Shown here: positions 47,655 to 57,642 of the stretch, one piece after another
Numbering within the stretch: the stretch's first letter is position 1
Layout of the letters: each line of letters begins with the position of its first letter
DNA from: a virus
IMG/VR virus record: IMGVR_UViG_3300042904_000196
Coordinates: 1-64,000 of that record
Reading direction: 5' to 3' (one strand)
DNA: 64,000 nt
Position numbers and translations under genes: made by a program
Notes under the pieces: generated by a model
Database searches by the model: none
What the model was told of the DNA's origin: nothing
The model's input: only the letters and a program-made list of their open reading frames with translations

Positions 47655-47900
47655 GTGACCATGAGGAACATCTACTACAGGGGCGAACTGTACCAGTGCC
47701 CCAACCACCTCGTCAAGGTGCTTATTTGGGATCTTGAGAAAGGTACCGAGGTAGGCACGGCCATCCGGCGACACTGCAAATGCGTCGGATCGTGCATGAA
47801 CTTCACTGACGCTGACCGTCAGGCTGCCGTTGAAGATTTGATGGCAGAATCAGATGACACCGTTTCGTTGGACGACGACCGTACCCAACACCCCTCGTAA
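47655..47900 (+). CDS. hypothetical protein
   Basis: AAGGAG RBS. Confidence 0.5.
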   Translation: MTMRNIYYRGELYQCPNHLVKVLIWDLEKGTEVGTAIRRHCKCVGSCMNFTDADRQAAVEDLMAESDDTVSLDDDRTQHPS

Positions 47901-47909
47901 GGTAGTACC

Positions 47910-48221
47910 ATGGCAGCCAAATTTGTAACGTTTCAGTATGCTTGCATCAACCCTAAGTGTCCCGAGAGGGTATTTTATGGAGCCTATGCCCTCGAAGCGG
48001 ACTACTGGGAAGCTTTCACCAAGCTATGCAACGGTGAGCCCGAGGTTGTTCTTCCGGGCGGTGCCAAGGTAACCTTGGTAGAGCACCACAACTGTTTCCC
48101 TGATGTCGTTGGTGTGGGACATTTCTGTGGTTTCAGGACATCCTTCGTAGCACCCTACAAGAACACTTACACGCCCGACGACATCAAACCCTACAAAACG
48201 GACCCAAGCAAGGAGAGCTAA
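47910..48221 (+). CDS. hypothetical protein
   Basis: Operon-like spacing. Confidence 0.5.
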   Translation: MAAKFVTFQYACINPKCPERVFYGAYALEADYWEAFTKLCNGEPEVVLPGGAKVTLVEHHNCFPDVVGVGHFCGFRTSFVAPYKNTYTPDDIKPYKTDPSKES

Positions 48222-48222
48222 G

Positions 48223-48750
48223 ATGGTTAGTGTTGGTGACCCCGTAATCGTTCGTGGTTTCAAAGGTATCGTCAAGCGTATCCGCGATGAGCGTGTGACG
48301 ATCCAGCCTGACGGACGCAAGAAACCAGAGTTTGTCAACATTCACGAGGTCAAGCTTGACTACAGCAAAAAGCTTGACACCGAGCTTGACAAGATTTGGG
48401 TTCTGAGGCGTTTTGATTCCGGTATCAAAACGTACTACGACGGCTCGGTCTTTAGGTCGTCGATTGGGGACGCCAAGCACTACAGTCACCGGGGTGCGTT
48501 ACAGGTTGCCAAACGCCTTGAGGCGAAGACAGTCAAGCTGACGCACGCATTGAATCCCTTGTCCGACACGGAGGTAAGCAAGCTCGCGGAAGAGATTCAA
48601 AAGGTCCATGCTTCGTTAGCCGAGAACATGGCCTTAGAAGAATTGGCTAACCAAGAACATCGAACCCTTATCGCGTCGTTGATGAAAGAGCGGGCAGAGA
48701 TTAAGGAAGCTCTGCAAAACCTTAACTTGCGAATGGAGACCATTACCTAG
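48223..48750 (+). CDS. hypothetical protein with an N-terminal KOW/SH3-like domain
   Basis: VGDPVIVRGFKGIVKRI; AAGGAG RBS. Confidence 0.55.
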   Translation: MVSVGDPVIVRGFKGIVKRIRDERVTIQPDGRKKPEFVNIHEVKLDYSKKLDTELDKIWVLRRFDSGIKTYYDGSVFRSSIGDAKHYSHRGALQVAKRLEAKTVKLTHALNPLSDTEVSKLAEEIQKVHASLAENMALEELANQEHRTLIASLMKERAEIKEALQNLNLRMETIT

Positions 48751-48761
48751 TAGGTAGCCAA

Positions 48762-48983
48762 ATGAACGTACATACTGCATGTGACCAATCGCGTGATGAG
48801 CTTCAGAAGCTGGAGCGAGACGCCAAGGGCCGCTTAGTTGTCGCCGTAAGGGTAGGCAACAAGTGGCAAGACTCCCCAACAAAGGTAGACACCGCCGACG
48901 AAGCCGTGGCACTAGGTGCCCGGATCTTCTCTAACTGGCCCGACGTTAATGCGTTTCGTGTGAAACGGCGTCGTGGCACATAA
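48762..48983 (+). CDS. hypothetical protein
   Basis: Operon-like spacing. Confidence 0.45.
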   Translation: MNVHTACDQSRDELQKLERDAKGRLVVAVRVGNKWQDSPTKVDTADEAVALGARIFSNWPDVNAFRVKRRRGT

Positions 48984-49095
48984 TAATGGCACATAATAAT
49001 GAGCCATGGGGCGTGCTTCCACAGATTCGTTTGAATCCTGATCTGAGAGCACTAACGGGCACCTTCGCGGTGCCCGTCCCCATTATTTTTGGAGC

Positions 49096-49653
49096 ATGAA
49101 AATGATTCCAGTATCAGATTACCGTACAGACAAGCTGATGAGCGACTACGAACGCCGCCGCGACACCGTGAAGAAAACGAGCTTCGCGATACCTTGCATG
49201 GAAGCCTTGAACCTCCTAGGTAGGTACGGGCCTCTGCTTGAAGTCGGAGCAGGTACGGGTTACTGGGCCAACCTGCTGCGGCTCAGGGGCGTGGACATCT
49301 ATCCCACGGAGCCTGTTCAGGTGGGTAACAAGTACGGCTTCGAAAAAGCGTACCTGCCCATGGAACAGTTGACTGGCGTTGAAGCCGTTAACAGGTACCG
49401 AGACAGAAATCTGTTCATGTGCTGGCCCTCGTATCTGGCAACGTGGCCGTATCATACGCTGAAGTGGTTCAAGCGATTGTCCACCATGAACCATGTCATT
49501 TACATTGGCGAGGGCCGGGGTGGGTGTTGTGCGGACTACAATTTCTTCCACATGCTCGAATACGACTTTACAGTTAAGGAAGAATTGGACATTCCTACGT
49601 GGGACTATATTCACGACTCCCTTACGGTCTATGAGAGGAAGGTGCTTCGGTGA
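49096..49653 (+). CDS. class I SAM-dependent methyltransferase-like protein
   Basis: LLEVGAGTGYWA motif I; LFMCWP; IYIGEGRGGC. Confidence 0.7.
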   Translation: MKMIPVSDYRTDKLMSDYERRRDTVKKTSFAIPCMEALNLLGRYGPLLEVGAGTGYWANLLRLRGVDIYPTEPVQVGNKYGFEKAYLPMEQLTGVEAVNRYRDRNLFMCWPSYLATWPYHTLKWFKRLSTMNHVIYIGEGRGGCCADYNFFHMLEYDFTVKEELDIPTWDYIHDSLTVYERKVLR

Positions 49654-50042
49654 AGATTACCTATCAACAGCTAGATCAGTTCGGTGCCTGCTCCGACGCC
49701 TTGGATACTTTTCAAGAGATTTTCGGTAGTGAGGCCGAGATTACCCTTGAAAATTGTCGCAAGGCATATGATGCTGGCCTAAGCCTGACTTGGCTTATTC
49801 AAAAATTCCAAGAGCCTTTGACGACATATTGGTCAGTGTCTCACAGTGCCTATGTAGCGTACAACGAGGCCATTACGGGGCATATTAACGACTACTACAA
49901 GGCAATCGGCAATCACGAGAACGCAAACAAAGCATCGGAGAAATACTACGCGGCTACGGCTCCTTTTAGGGCCGCTTTGCATGAGGCCAAGACTCAGGCT
50001 GCTTATGCTACTTTGATTCGGGTATCAAAGGAGCTACCATGA
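49650..50042 (+). CDS. tandem paralog 1 (MKIT...GAC family)
   Basis: Shares an N-terminal ~50-aa motif with the next two ORFs. Confidence 0.7.
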   Translation: MKITYQQLDQFGACSDALDTFQEIFGSEAEITLENCRKAYDAGLSLTWLIQKFQEPLTTYWSVSHSAYVAYNEAITGHINDYYKAIGNHENANKASEKYYAATAPFRAALHEAKTQAAYATLIRVSKELP

Positions 50043-50392
50043 AGGTGACGTTGCGAATGCTGCTTGACATGGATGCCTGTCTCAACGCCTTGGGAAACTT
50101 CGAGCGTATCTTCGGCGACGAGGTCGAAGTTACACCCGAAAGTTGCCTAATAGCTGTTCAGGAAGGCTTAGACGTTGTGTGGTTCATGAAAAGTATTAAT
50201 CGTTTGCGGGCAAGACGCTATTTGCACCAAATTAACCGAGCCTTAATAGCCTGCGACGATATTATCGACAAGCACCACAGACGTTGGGCCGTTGGCGACA
50301 TAGACGCCACCACGTACTATATGGCGTCAACCAAGGCACATGAAACGTACCAAGAGGCTAAGGCACAGTTTCTTTACGAGGCTCTACAATGA
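50039..50392 (+). CDS. tandem paralog 2
   Basis: MKVTLRMLLDMDAC..F..IFGDEVEVTPESC. Confidence 0.7.
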   Translation: MKVTLRMLLDMDACLNALGNFERIFGDEVEVTPESCLIAVQEGLDVVWFMKSINRLRARRYLHQINRALIACDDIIDKHHRRWAVGDIDATTYYMASTKAHETYQEAKAQFLYEALQ

Positions 50393-50763
50393 AGATTACC
50401 TATGACCAGTTGAGGGCACTTGGGGCGTGTGCTTCGGCCCTGTACATCTTCCGCAACATCTTTGGTGAGGAAGTCGAGGTCACCCCTGAAAATTGTCTCA
50501 AGGCATTTGAAGCTGAACTAGCCCTAGGGTGGATCGTTACAAAGCTTTCACCACGTAAAGATCAATACTATGAAGATGTCGATAAGGCTAAAAAGGTGTA
50601 TGATCTTGCCACGGAAAAACCCCTAGAGGATTACATGGATACGATGCGGGTAACCGGTAATGCACGTAAGGCCGTGGATGAATACTACGTAACCATGACA
50701 CCTGCTAGGCTTACATATAAAGAGGCTTTGATTCTGGCCGCTTACAATGCTTTGAAGGATTAA
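50389..50763 (+). CDS. tandem paralog 3
   Basis: MKITYDQLRALGAC..F..IFGEEVEVTPENC. Confidence 0.7.
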   Translation: MKITYDQLRALGACASALYIFRNIFGEEVEVTPENCLKAFEAELALGWIVTKLSPRKDQYYEDVDKAKKVYDLATEKPLEDYMDTMRVTGNARKAVDEYYVTMTPARLTYKEALILAAYNALKD

Positions 50764-50959
50764 CCATGATGTTTGCTGCACTTATGTTGGGTATAGATGG
50801 TTATGCTGTTTTCTTATTCACGTGTGAGGGTAAAAAGTTCGACCTGAAACTGATCGAAAAAACCTTAGCCAAGGAACCCTACACACGGCTCGTCGGTCTT
50901 TTACATGTTGAAAATTGCCCGCCCGGAACGGATGCCCTCCCACGGATACCGGAGATACC

Positions 50960-51784
50960 ATGAAATTCGACGCACTATGCAAGGTCGTAGAGAGCAACCA
51001 CCTAGAAAATCAGGAGGGTCTTTTAAGACACACCAAGCTCTTCCTGTTTCCACTGAACAGTAAGCAACTCCCCCAGTCCTACACCCCGGACCAAGTGTCG
51101 CTCTTCGAGGAACAGTTCTTCCTGCCATTCAGGAACGTGACCATCGAAGATGAAACCGGCTGTACAATGCTGATCGATTCCACCGAAAACCAGAGTGGCA
51201 TCGATGGACTACGTTACTTTGTGGATTTTGTTCTCCTAGACAGCAAGACTGATTCCGGAATCAATGACTACGGAATCTGGTCCCTGTGCTTTGGCCGGGT
51301 GAAGGGCTTCAGGATCAGTGATGTGTCCCTCTGGACGCACATCGAAATCGATAGGTGCCTAGGCGGTAGCTTGCGAACGGGTGAAGTGGCCAACATCGAC
51401 AAACATGACGAGGTCATGCAGCAAGCGGCTGTGCGTAACGTGCAAACGGCTTATCAGGAGATTATGTACTTCAACACCCCTGATAGGTTCATCGTACAGT
51501 CAACCCCTCGCAGGGTGCGTGACCCTTTAACAAGCGCCAAGATTCCTCGGGCACAGGACAGGCCCAACTATATTTTGCTTTATCCAAAGCAAATTCGTGA
51601 GCGCTTCGGTATACAGGGGGATGGGGTTAATGCACCGCATCCTGTACGGAGGCACTTTCGTACCCTGAGAAGTGACTATTACACCAACAAACAAGGGCAG
51701 CGTGTCGCTGTCAAAGGATACTGGACCGGAGACACTGAAAAGGTCGTTGACGGTAGGCACTACAAAATTCTTTTAGATAGGTGA
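50960..51784 (+). CDS. hypothetical protein with a C-terminal PHxxRRHxR basic motif
   Basis: ATG at 50960 after GGAG; PHPVRRHFRTL...VKGYWTG. Confidence 0.65.
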   Translation: MKFDALCKVVESNHLENQEGLLRHTKLFLFPLNSKQLPQSYTPDQVSLFEEQFFLPFRNVTIEDETGCTMLIDSTENQSGIDGLRYFVDFVLLDSKTDSGINDYGIWSLCFGRVKGFRISDVSLWTHIEIDRCLGGSLRTGEVANIDKHDEVMQQAAVRNVQTAYQEIMYFNTPDRFIVQSTPRRVRDPLTSAKIPRAQDRPNYILLYPKQIRERFGIQGDGVNAPHPVRRHFRTLRSDYYTNKQGQRVAVKGYWTGDTEKVVDGRHYKILLDR

Positions 51785-51787
51785 GTT

Positions 51788-52432
51788 ATGATTCCGGAAT
51801 CACTTTGGAGAAAACGGGCTGAGGAAGCTGAAGCGGCACTCGCGACGCTGCGGGCGCTGATGCCGGAGGTGCGGAATTTCGTACAGATGGTTTTTGAGTG
51901 GGAAGAGCCTGTCCCGTCAGGTCTTCATGGCTCAGTTTGGAAAAAGAAGTACGGGTGTCATGCGAATGAGCTTGCCGCAAATCTTATAGGCAAAGCCGCC
52001 ACTACACTCCTCGCCAAGCTGCCTGCAGAGGACAAATCGGAGTATGCGACGACTGCGGCTAAATGCCACTCGCACGAACACCCGGCGGGGTGCGGATGCC
52101 ACGATGGGCCGCCAGAGGTCAAGCCCGCGACTGCCGAGCCGAAGCGGGTGCGGGAGTGGCGGTTTGACCATAAAGACTTTTGGGCGGAATACCGATTCGA
52201 TGGCACGCAGGTGTGGTATCAGGAAAGCATAAATCCGATCTGGAAAAAAGTCTTTACAACGATTGAACAAATTGAACAAACGAAATGCTACCGCGAAACC
52301 ACCGTCGCGGGCAACGTGCCGGAGCGGCAGCAATTCGTGGTTGAAGTGTGCGATTCATATGAGCTAGGTGCCTTCCATGTGAAGACATCCATCGGTCCTA
52401 AATGGCTTCGTTTTGTTGCGAGGAAACCATGA
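51788..52432 (+). CDS. hypothetical protein, paralog of 54628..55521
   Basis: Shared FVQMV...GLHGS.WK.KYGC, WAEYR and CYRETT blocks. Confidence 0.65.
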   Translation: MIPESLWRKRAEEAEAALATLRALMPEVRNFVQMVFEWEEPVPSGLHGSVWKKKYGCHANELAANLIGKAATTLLAKLPAEDKSEYATTAAKCHSHEHPAGCGCHDGPPEVKPATAEPKRVREWRFDHKDFWAEYRFDGTQVWYQESINPIWKKVFTTIEQIEQTKCYRETTVAGNVPERQQFVVEVCDSYELGAFHVKTSIGPKWLRFVARKP

Positions 52433-52861
52433 AGATGTACTGCAAACTCGTTCTCAGTGTCGAGGTCCATATTCCTGAAGATATGGACCACGAGGAAATT
52501 GAACATTACATTCAGGATGTTCTTAGTTCAGAAAAGAAGGCTGTTGCCAATTATGCGAAGGCTGTACTTCCAGCCGGGCTCCCCGGCGAGTGTTCTATTC
52601 AGAATCCCAGATGGGACATCGAGTAGGTGAAACCATGATACTTGTTCTCTATGAAACAACGGACGATGATAACGATGAAATTTTTGTAAGGAGTGATATA
52701 ACCGATCTTGTTAGTAGTTTCACCCGTGAGGCAGCCATCAACGCTGTCCAGAATCATCTCAAGGAAAAGGATATCGAAGGCGAATTTTTGATCGTTGAAA
52801 CTGTTGCCACCATTCACGCGGCACGTGTTACATTGCTCAAGGTTACTGTAAAGGATTCAGA

Positions 52862-54148
52862 ATGATCGTCGTTTCTAACAAAGGTGAAATCCCCCTACAT
52901 GGTGTTCGCTTGCTTGGTCAGAGCCGCAAGCGGGCTGACCAGATCGGCCAGTTCGGTACCGGGCTCAAGGAAACCATTGCCTTGTGTTTGAGGAAGAACT
53001 ACACCATCGAAATCCTTTCGGGTTCTGATACCAGAATCAAATTCAGTATTCAGGACATCGATGGACAGAACGAAGTCTGCTTCATGCTTGTCGGTAAGGG
53101 AACCAAGAGTTTCCCGTCGGATACGTGGCACGGCATGGGCTTCAGCCCGGACCTAGGTAAGAGGGACTGGAACAGCGACTGGCAAATCCTGAGGGAAATC
53201 ATCTGCAACGCCTACGACGAAGGCGAACTTTTCTTCGGGGATGATTCCCCCTGCGAAGGAAAAACCAAGGTTATCTTGCGTGGCCCTGAAGCGGAAATGA
53301 AAACCATTGATCGTAAGCTGCGGTTCATGCAAGGCGGCTGGAACCCAAGGGAAACCATCATTAAGAAAATGTTCTCGGACAGAATGAACATTTTCTGCAA
53401 GGGAGTCTTCGTTCAGGAAGTGTCGATGGCTTCCATGTTTGATTACAGCATCAAAGACCTCAAAATGACGGAGTCACGCAGCGTTGACCCGTACACCGCT
53501 TATTGTGGTATGTCGCACATCCTTTCCAAGTGCGACGACGAAATCATCCAACGGCAAATCTTGAAGGCTGTTGCCGACCATGACAAGGTTGCCGAGGTTA
53601 GTCGTCTTACGTCATACATGGACTTTGACGTATCGTGGAAGCGTACCTTCGATCTTATGCATGGACCCAAGGGTGTCATATGCAACGTTGCCCAAGAGGT
53701 CAGTCGCCTCTCAGAGCGTGGGTATACCCCGGTGTACATTAAGGCTTACGAGTGGTTCGATGCACTGGTCAAGCTCGGTGTTAAGCGTGCCAATGATGTC
53801 TTAGTAACTTCGCAGGAAGACGGGCTCGACTTCATTGATCCGCCCACGGAAACCAAAGACACCTTCGAGAAGCTCTACCACAGGCTAGTTATCAATCGTC
53901 TCGTGAACAACAAGAGCCGCCCCAAGCTCAAGGTGTTCACGCAAACCGGCTCTGAAGAAAGCGTCACGATAAACGGGTTCTATAAGGATGGAACTGTTCA
54001 CGTGAACCAACGCATTTTGGGGAGTCGCGAGGAACGTGTGACCATCCTTGAGGAAATCTGCCACCATGTGACGGGTGCCAATGATTGTACCCGAGACTTT
54101 CAGAACTGGACCCTCGACGCCTTGGAAACCTTTTTAGGTGTAAAATGA
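52862..54148 (+). CDS. GHKL-type ATPase-like protein with a C-terminal metallopeptidase-like motif
   Basis: IGQFGTGLK, LREIICNAYDE; C-terminal TILEEICHH. Confidence 0.65.
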   Translation: MIVVSNKGEIPLHGVRLLGQSRKRADQIGQFGTGLKETIALCLRKNYTIEILSGSDTRIKFSIQDIDGQNEVCFMLVGKGTKSFPSDTWHGMGFSPDLGKRDWNSDWQILREIICNAYDEGELFFGDDSPCEGKTKVILRGPEAEMKTIDRKLRFMQGGWNPRETIIKKMFSDRMNIFCKGVFVQEVSMASMFDYSIKDLKMTESRSVDPYTAYCGMSHILSKCDDEIIQRQILKAVADHDKVAEVSRLTSYMDFDVSWKRTFDLMHGPKGVICNVAQEVSRLSERGYTPVYIKAYEWFDALVKLGVKRANDVLVTSQEDGLDFIDPPTETKDTFEKLYHRLVINRLVNNKSRPKLKVFTQTGSEESVTINGFYKDGTVHVNQRILGSREERVTILEEICHHVTGANDCTRDFQNWTLDALETFLGVK

Positions 54149-54540
54149 CTTACTCAGAACGTGTGAGCAACTTACTGGCAACGGACCCGGAAGTGCTTCG
54201 GTCAGCCATGTTGAACGCGGAGTACAACACATTCATCAGTGGCTGTGCCGATAAGGACGATAGCAAGCGGGTGCCCTACATCGGGTGGTACTGGCGGGAC
54301 GTTGACTGGTCCGACCTTGAACATATCCCCGTGGCGAGTTGCGGGGAGTTCATCGGTTTCATTATGAACAATAAGTGGGGCTACGAGCAGCGTTACCTCA
54401 CTAAGGATGAAGCCGTTAAAGTGGTGGAAATCATCGACAAAGCCATGGAAAACAAGGGCGGGTTACTTAGCAATATTATTGCTGAACGTGACAAGCACCT
54501 GAAGGAACTTTGGGATTACATGCAAACGCTTGTAATCTAA
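54145..54540 (+). CDS. hypothetical protein
   Basis: ATGA overlap with the upstream gene. Confidence 0.55.
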   Translation: MTYSERVSNLLATDPEVLRSAMLNAEYNTFISGCADKDDSKRVPYIGWYWRDVDWSDLEHIPVASCGEFIGFIMNNKWGYEQRYLTKDEAVKVVEIIDKAMENKGGLLSNIIAERDKHLKELWDYMQTLVI

Positions 54541-54627
54541 CTTGGACCGGAGCTGGCACCGGTGCTCACGGGGCTCTAGGTGAAGGAGCCCCACTTGCTT
54601 TTGATTCTGGAATCTTTTACTAAGGAA

Positions 54628-55521
54628 ATGACAATGTTCAAGAAAGACGACGCTGTTCTGGTTCGTGGTACCGTTATTGAGTACGATGGAAACGATAAGA
54701 CGGTCCGTGTTCGCTTCTCACCTAACACGTTCTGGTTTCCTGAGGTGGACGTTTTTAGCCGGGATGCTACGACCTTCTTCAATGAAGTCGATGACCTTAG
54801 AGTCAAGCTGAAGGCCGAAACCAAGGAGGTTGCCGACCTGCGGGCAAGATTGGCCGAGGCAATTGCTGAACGTGACGAGGCACGTGAGATCGTGCGACAC
54901 GCCAACAATTCCCTGTTCGGGTCCGACGGTTACTTTGTTCTCGCCAACAATATGCGTGCCGTGTCCAATGCCATTGAGGATTTGAAGCAACGCAGCAATG
55001 CGACGTATCGGGAACAGATGGCCGAGATGCGGCGGTTCGTACAGATGGTGTGGGATTGGGAAGCCCCTATCGCACAAGGCGGACTTCACGGCTCCACATG
55101 GAAAGCGAAGTACGGTTGCGGCGAAAATGATCTTGCCGCAGACCGTATAAGCAAAATCGCCAAGGCATACCTTGACCGGTTGCCCCCTGCGGAGCAGGTA
55201 CCTGCGGAGCAGGTACCTGCGGAGCAGGAGCGGTCATGGCGGTACAAGGAGGATAACGGATACTGGGCCGAGTACCGCACGAAAGACAAACGCATACAGC
55301 GGCGTAGCGAAAACCTGTCTGAGTGGTACTTCGATGATTCCTTAACGGTGGAGAGGCTGGAGCAACTTGTTCGTCTTAACCCGTGTTACCGCGAAACCAC
55401 CTTGAAGGCCAACCCGCTTCCCGAAAACGTGCCGCTGACGCTGCACGGTCCTGCTTCCCTCAAAGGGAAGAGGGTGCGGCTGTGGTGTGATGGTGCGGCT
55501 TTTGAAGCCGAGGTGGGTTGA
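54628..55521 (+). CDS. hypothetical protein, paralog of 51788..52432
   Basis: AAGGA RBS; shared blocks; PAEQV x3. Confidence 0.65.
   Translation: MTMFKKDDAVLVRGTVIEYDGNDKTVRVRFSPNTFWFPEVDVFSRDATTFFNEVDDLRVKLKAETKEVADLRARLAEAIAERDEAREIVRHANNSLFGSDGYFVLANNMRAVSNAIEDLKQRSNATYREQMAEMRRFVQMVWDWEAPIAQGGLHGSTWKAKYGCGENDLAADRISKIAKAYLDRLPPAEQVPAEQVPAEQERSWRYKEDNGYWAEYRTKDKRIQRRSENLSEWYFDDSLTVERLEQLVRLNPCYRETTLKANPLPENVPLTLHGPASLKGKRVRLWCDGAAFEAEVG
55186..55229 (+). repeat. 15-bp tandem repeat x3 (CCTGCGGAGCAGGTA), in frame
   Basis: Encodes PAEQV-PAEQV-PAEQE. Confidence 0.9.
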
Positions 55522-55916
55522 TTCTGGAATCTAAGGAGATGAAGATGCACTGGCCGTAGCGAATAGACATTTCCTCCGCATAGTCAATGTGCCCGTAGGA
55601 GACATTTCTGAGGTGTACCATGACTTGAAACAACTTTACTGCTTGTACTGAGGCCCTTGGGGGTTCCAAGGGCCTACCCCTTTTAAGAAGGAAACAAGGA
55701 TGTTAACTCTTATAGCCCCCGAACATATCAAAGGCTTCACAGCCCTAAAGACTCACTTTCACATGAATCGCCCTTTCCGCATACAAGGCGACACGAAGCT
55801 GGTGCGTAAAATCTCGCTCAAGAGAGGGACGCACGTTACACTCGTTGCGAAGCTTGGAATGACCTCTTACCCGATTTCTAAAAAGAGGAACCACATGTCC
55901 ACCACGGAACAACGGA

Positions 55917-56336
55917 GTGTCGAGCTTGTCGTCTGACTACCTTACCAAGGCTTTGATTAATCCCCGCGGCATCGTCAATAGCATCACAAAAGCAATGAAA
56001 GTGAGGCCATCGTACATTGCATGTACGGGAATCAGCGGACTGCTTATAGCATCTAACGTATCATACAAAACGGGCATACCACTGGTCATAGTGCGTAATG
56101 GCACTACGTCAAAGCACGCACAAACAAAGGTTGAAACCGTCGTTCCCTTGGACGGTGATTACGCCATCATTGATGATCTGGTATGCTCTGGTGAAACCGT
56201 GGCAGGCATTGTGGATGCTTTGCCCGGAACATGTAAGTGGCTTTACCTCTGGAACGCTAGTCACATTGACGGAGGCAATGTACCGGATGAAAGATTCCGG
56301 AATCAGTTCAGCACAATAAGCATCATCGAATTATAA
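55917..56336 (+). CDS. type I phosphoribosyltransferase-like protein
   Basis: GISGL...GIPLVIVR...IIDDLVCSGET (PRPP-binding loop). Confidence 0.75.
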   Translation: MSSLSSDYLTKALINPRGIVNSITKAMKVRPSYIACTGISGLLIASNVSYKTGIPLVIVRNGTTSKHAQTKVETVVPLDGDYAIIDDLVCSGETVAGIVDALPGTCKWLYLWNASHIDGGNVPDERFRNQFSTISIIEL

Positions 56337-56535
56337 TTAAAAGGAGGAAGTATGCTGGTAAAACGCATGGAACAACTCATTCAAGATGTCCGGCGATTGC
56401 GAGCCCAATACCATTCTCCGCAAGAGATTGTGAAGATTGTTATTGGTGAACACAATCTCCGGCGTCCGGATGGGACAGTACCGTCATGGGTAGCCGCGGT
56501 GGTTATACACGCCATCGAAGAAAACGAAGGAATCA

Positions 56536-57162
56536 GTGAATCTTAAAGGCCGTAGGATACGTGCCACAAGCTACAAACACTGCTTAAAGGTGGCACCTCC
56601 CCGTGAAAAAGATATCCTTAACCTGACGAAGCGTCTTCGTAACGGAGACTGTTCCGTTATTCATCGTATCGTGGTAGGTCACATGGCGATTGCGATGCAG
56701 ATTGTTGGCAGATATGTGACTGTTAAAGGGAGATTTGACGACGAATGGGTGTCAGTAGCATTTCTGGCAGTCGTTCAGGCTGTTAAGCGTGCCCAACATA
56801 CGCTTATTAACGACAACATTACACCGTATATAATTTCAGCAGTACACTCGGCTCTCAGTGAGTTCATGGCGGAGGATAGGGTTATACCTATTCCTTATAG
56901 CACCCTGAGACGCAATAAGCTTCAACCTCCAACCATAACCAACAAAGGTGATGCTGAAATCTTTTCCCACGAAAAACAGATCGTTGCTCGCGAATTGCTG
57001 GAGAGTGCTTGCATAACTCCCGTGGATCGCAAGATCATCGATATGCGTGTTCGTGGATATACTGATAGTGACATTGCTAAAGCGATTGGAATTTCTAGAC
57101 AGTACGTCCAAACGATACGTGCAAAGCTAGAGAAACGAATCAAGGAACTGTATGAACTGTAA
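56536..57162 (+). CDS. second sigma-70-like factor
   Basis: NGDCSVIHRIVVGHMAIAMQIVGRY...DEWVSVAFLAVVQAV (region 2-like); GYTDSDIAKAIGISRQYVQTI (region 4 HTH). Confidence 0.7.
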   Translation: MNLKGRRIRATSYKHCLKVAPPREKDILNLTKRLRNGDCSVIHRIVVGHMAIAMQIVGRYVTVKGRFDDEWVSVAFLAVVQAVKRAQHTLINDNITPYIISAVHSALSEFMAEDRVIPIPYSTLRRNKLQPPTITNKGDAEIFSHEKQIVARELLESACITPVDRKIIDMRVRGYTDSDIAKAIGISRQYVQTIRAKLEKRIKELYEL

Positions 57163-57183
57163 CACCACCATCAAGAGGATAAT

Positions 57184-57642
57184 ATGTCGTCTACCGATTG
57201 GAAACGGGATTTTAACAAAGCAATCAACACGCCCCCGAACGAGGGGGTTCACCTTAAAACCCTCGATGGATCGCCTGCCAAGATCATCATTGAGTTGCAC
57301 GACGGCAAGGAGCCTTTCATGTATGGGCTTATCTATGTGCCATCGTTGGTTGGTACGCCTGTTGGCTGGTACGCCCGAGGCATTGCGGACAAAAGCACCT
57401 ATGGCTGGAAAGCCATTCTGCTACCCAAGGCCCGCCATGCCATTCTTAGGAAGCATGGCTTGAACAGTGTGCAGGTGCCTGTGTACGGGCTCAAGGTGGT
57501 CAGACCTTCCCGCGAGGGTAAGAGCCTGCTGGTAGAACTTTTGAAGGAGCCGGTTAAGGTCATTGTACCGCTGAAAGATTCCGGAATCAAAGTGGAGGGA
57601 ACAGCTACAGGCCCATTGGAGCCCATCAAGGAGGTCGTGTGA
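57184..57642 (+). CDS. hypothetical protein
   Basis: GAGGA RBS. Confidence 0.55.
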   Translation: MSSTDWKRDFNKAINTPPNEGVHLKTLDGSPAKIIIELHDGKEPFMYGLIYVPSLVGTPVGWYARGIADKSTYGWKAILLPKARHAILRKHGLNSVQVPVYGLKVVRPSREGKSLLVELLKEPVKVIVPLKDSGIKVEGTATGPLEPIKEVV

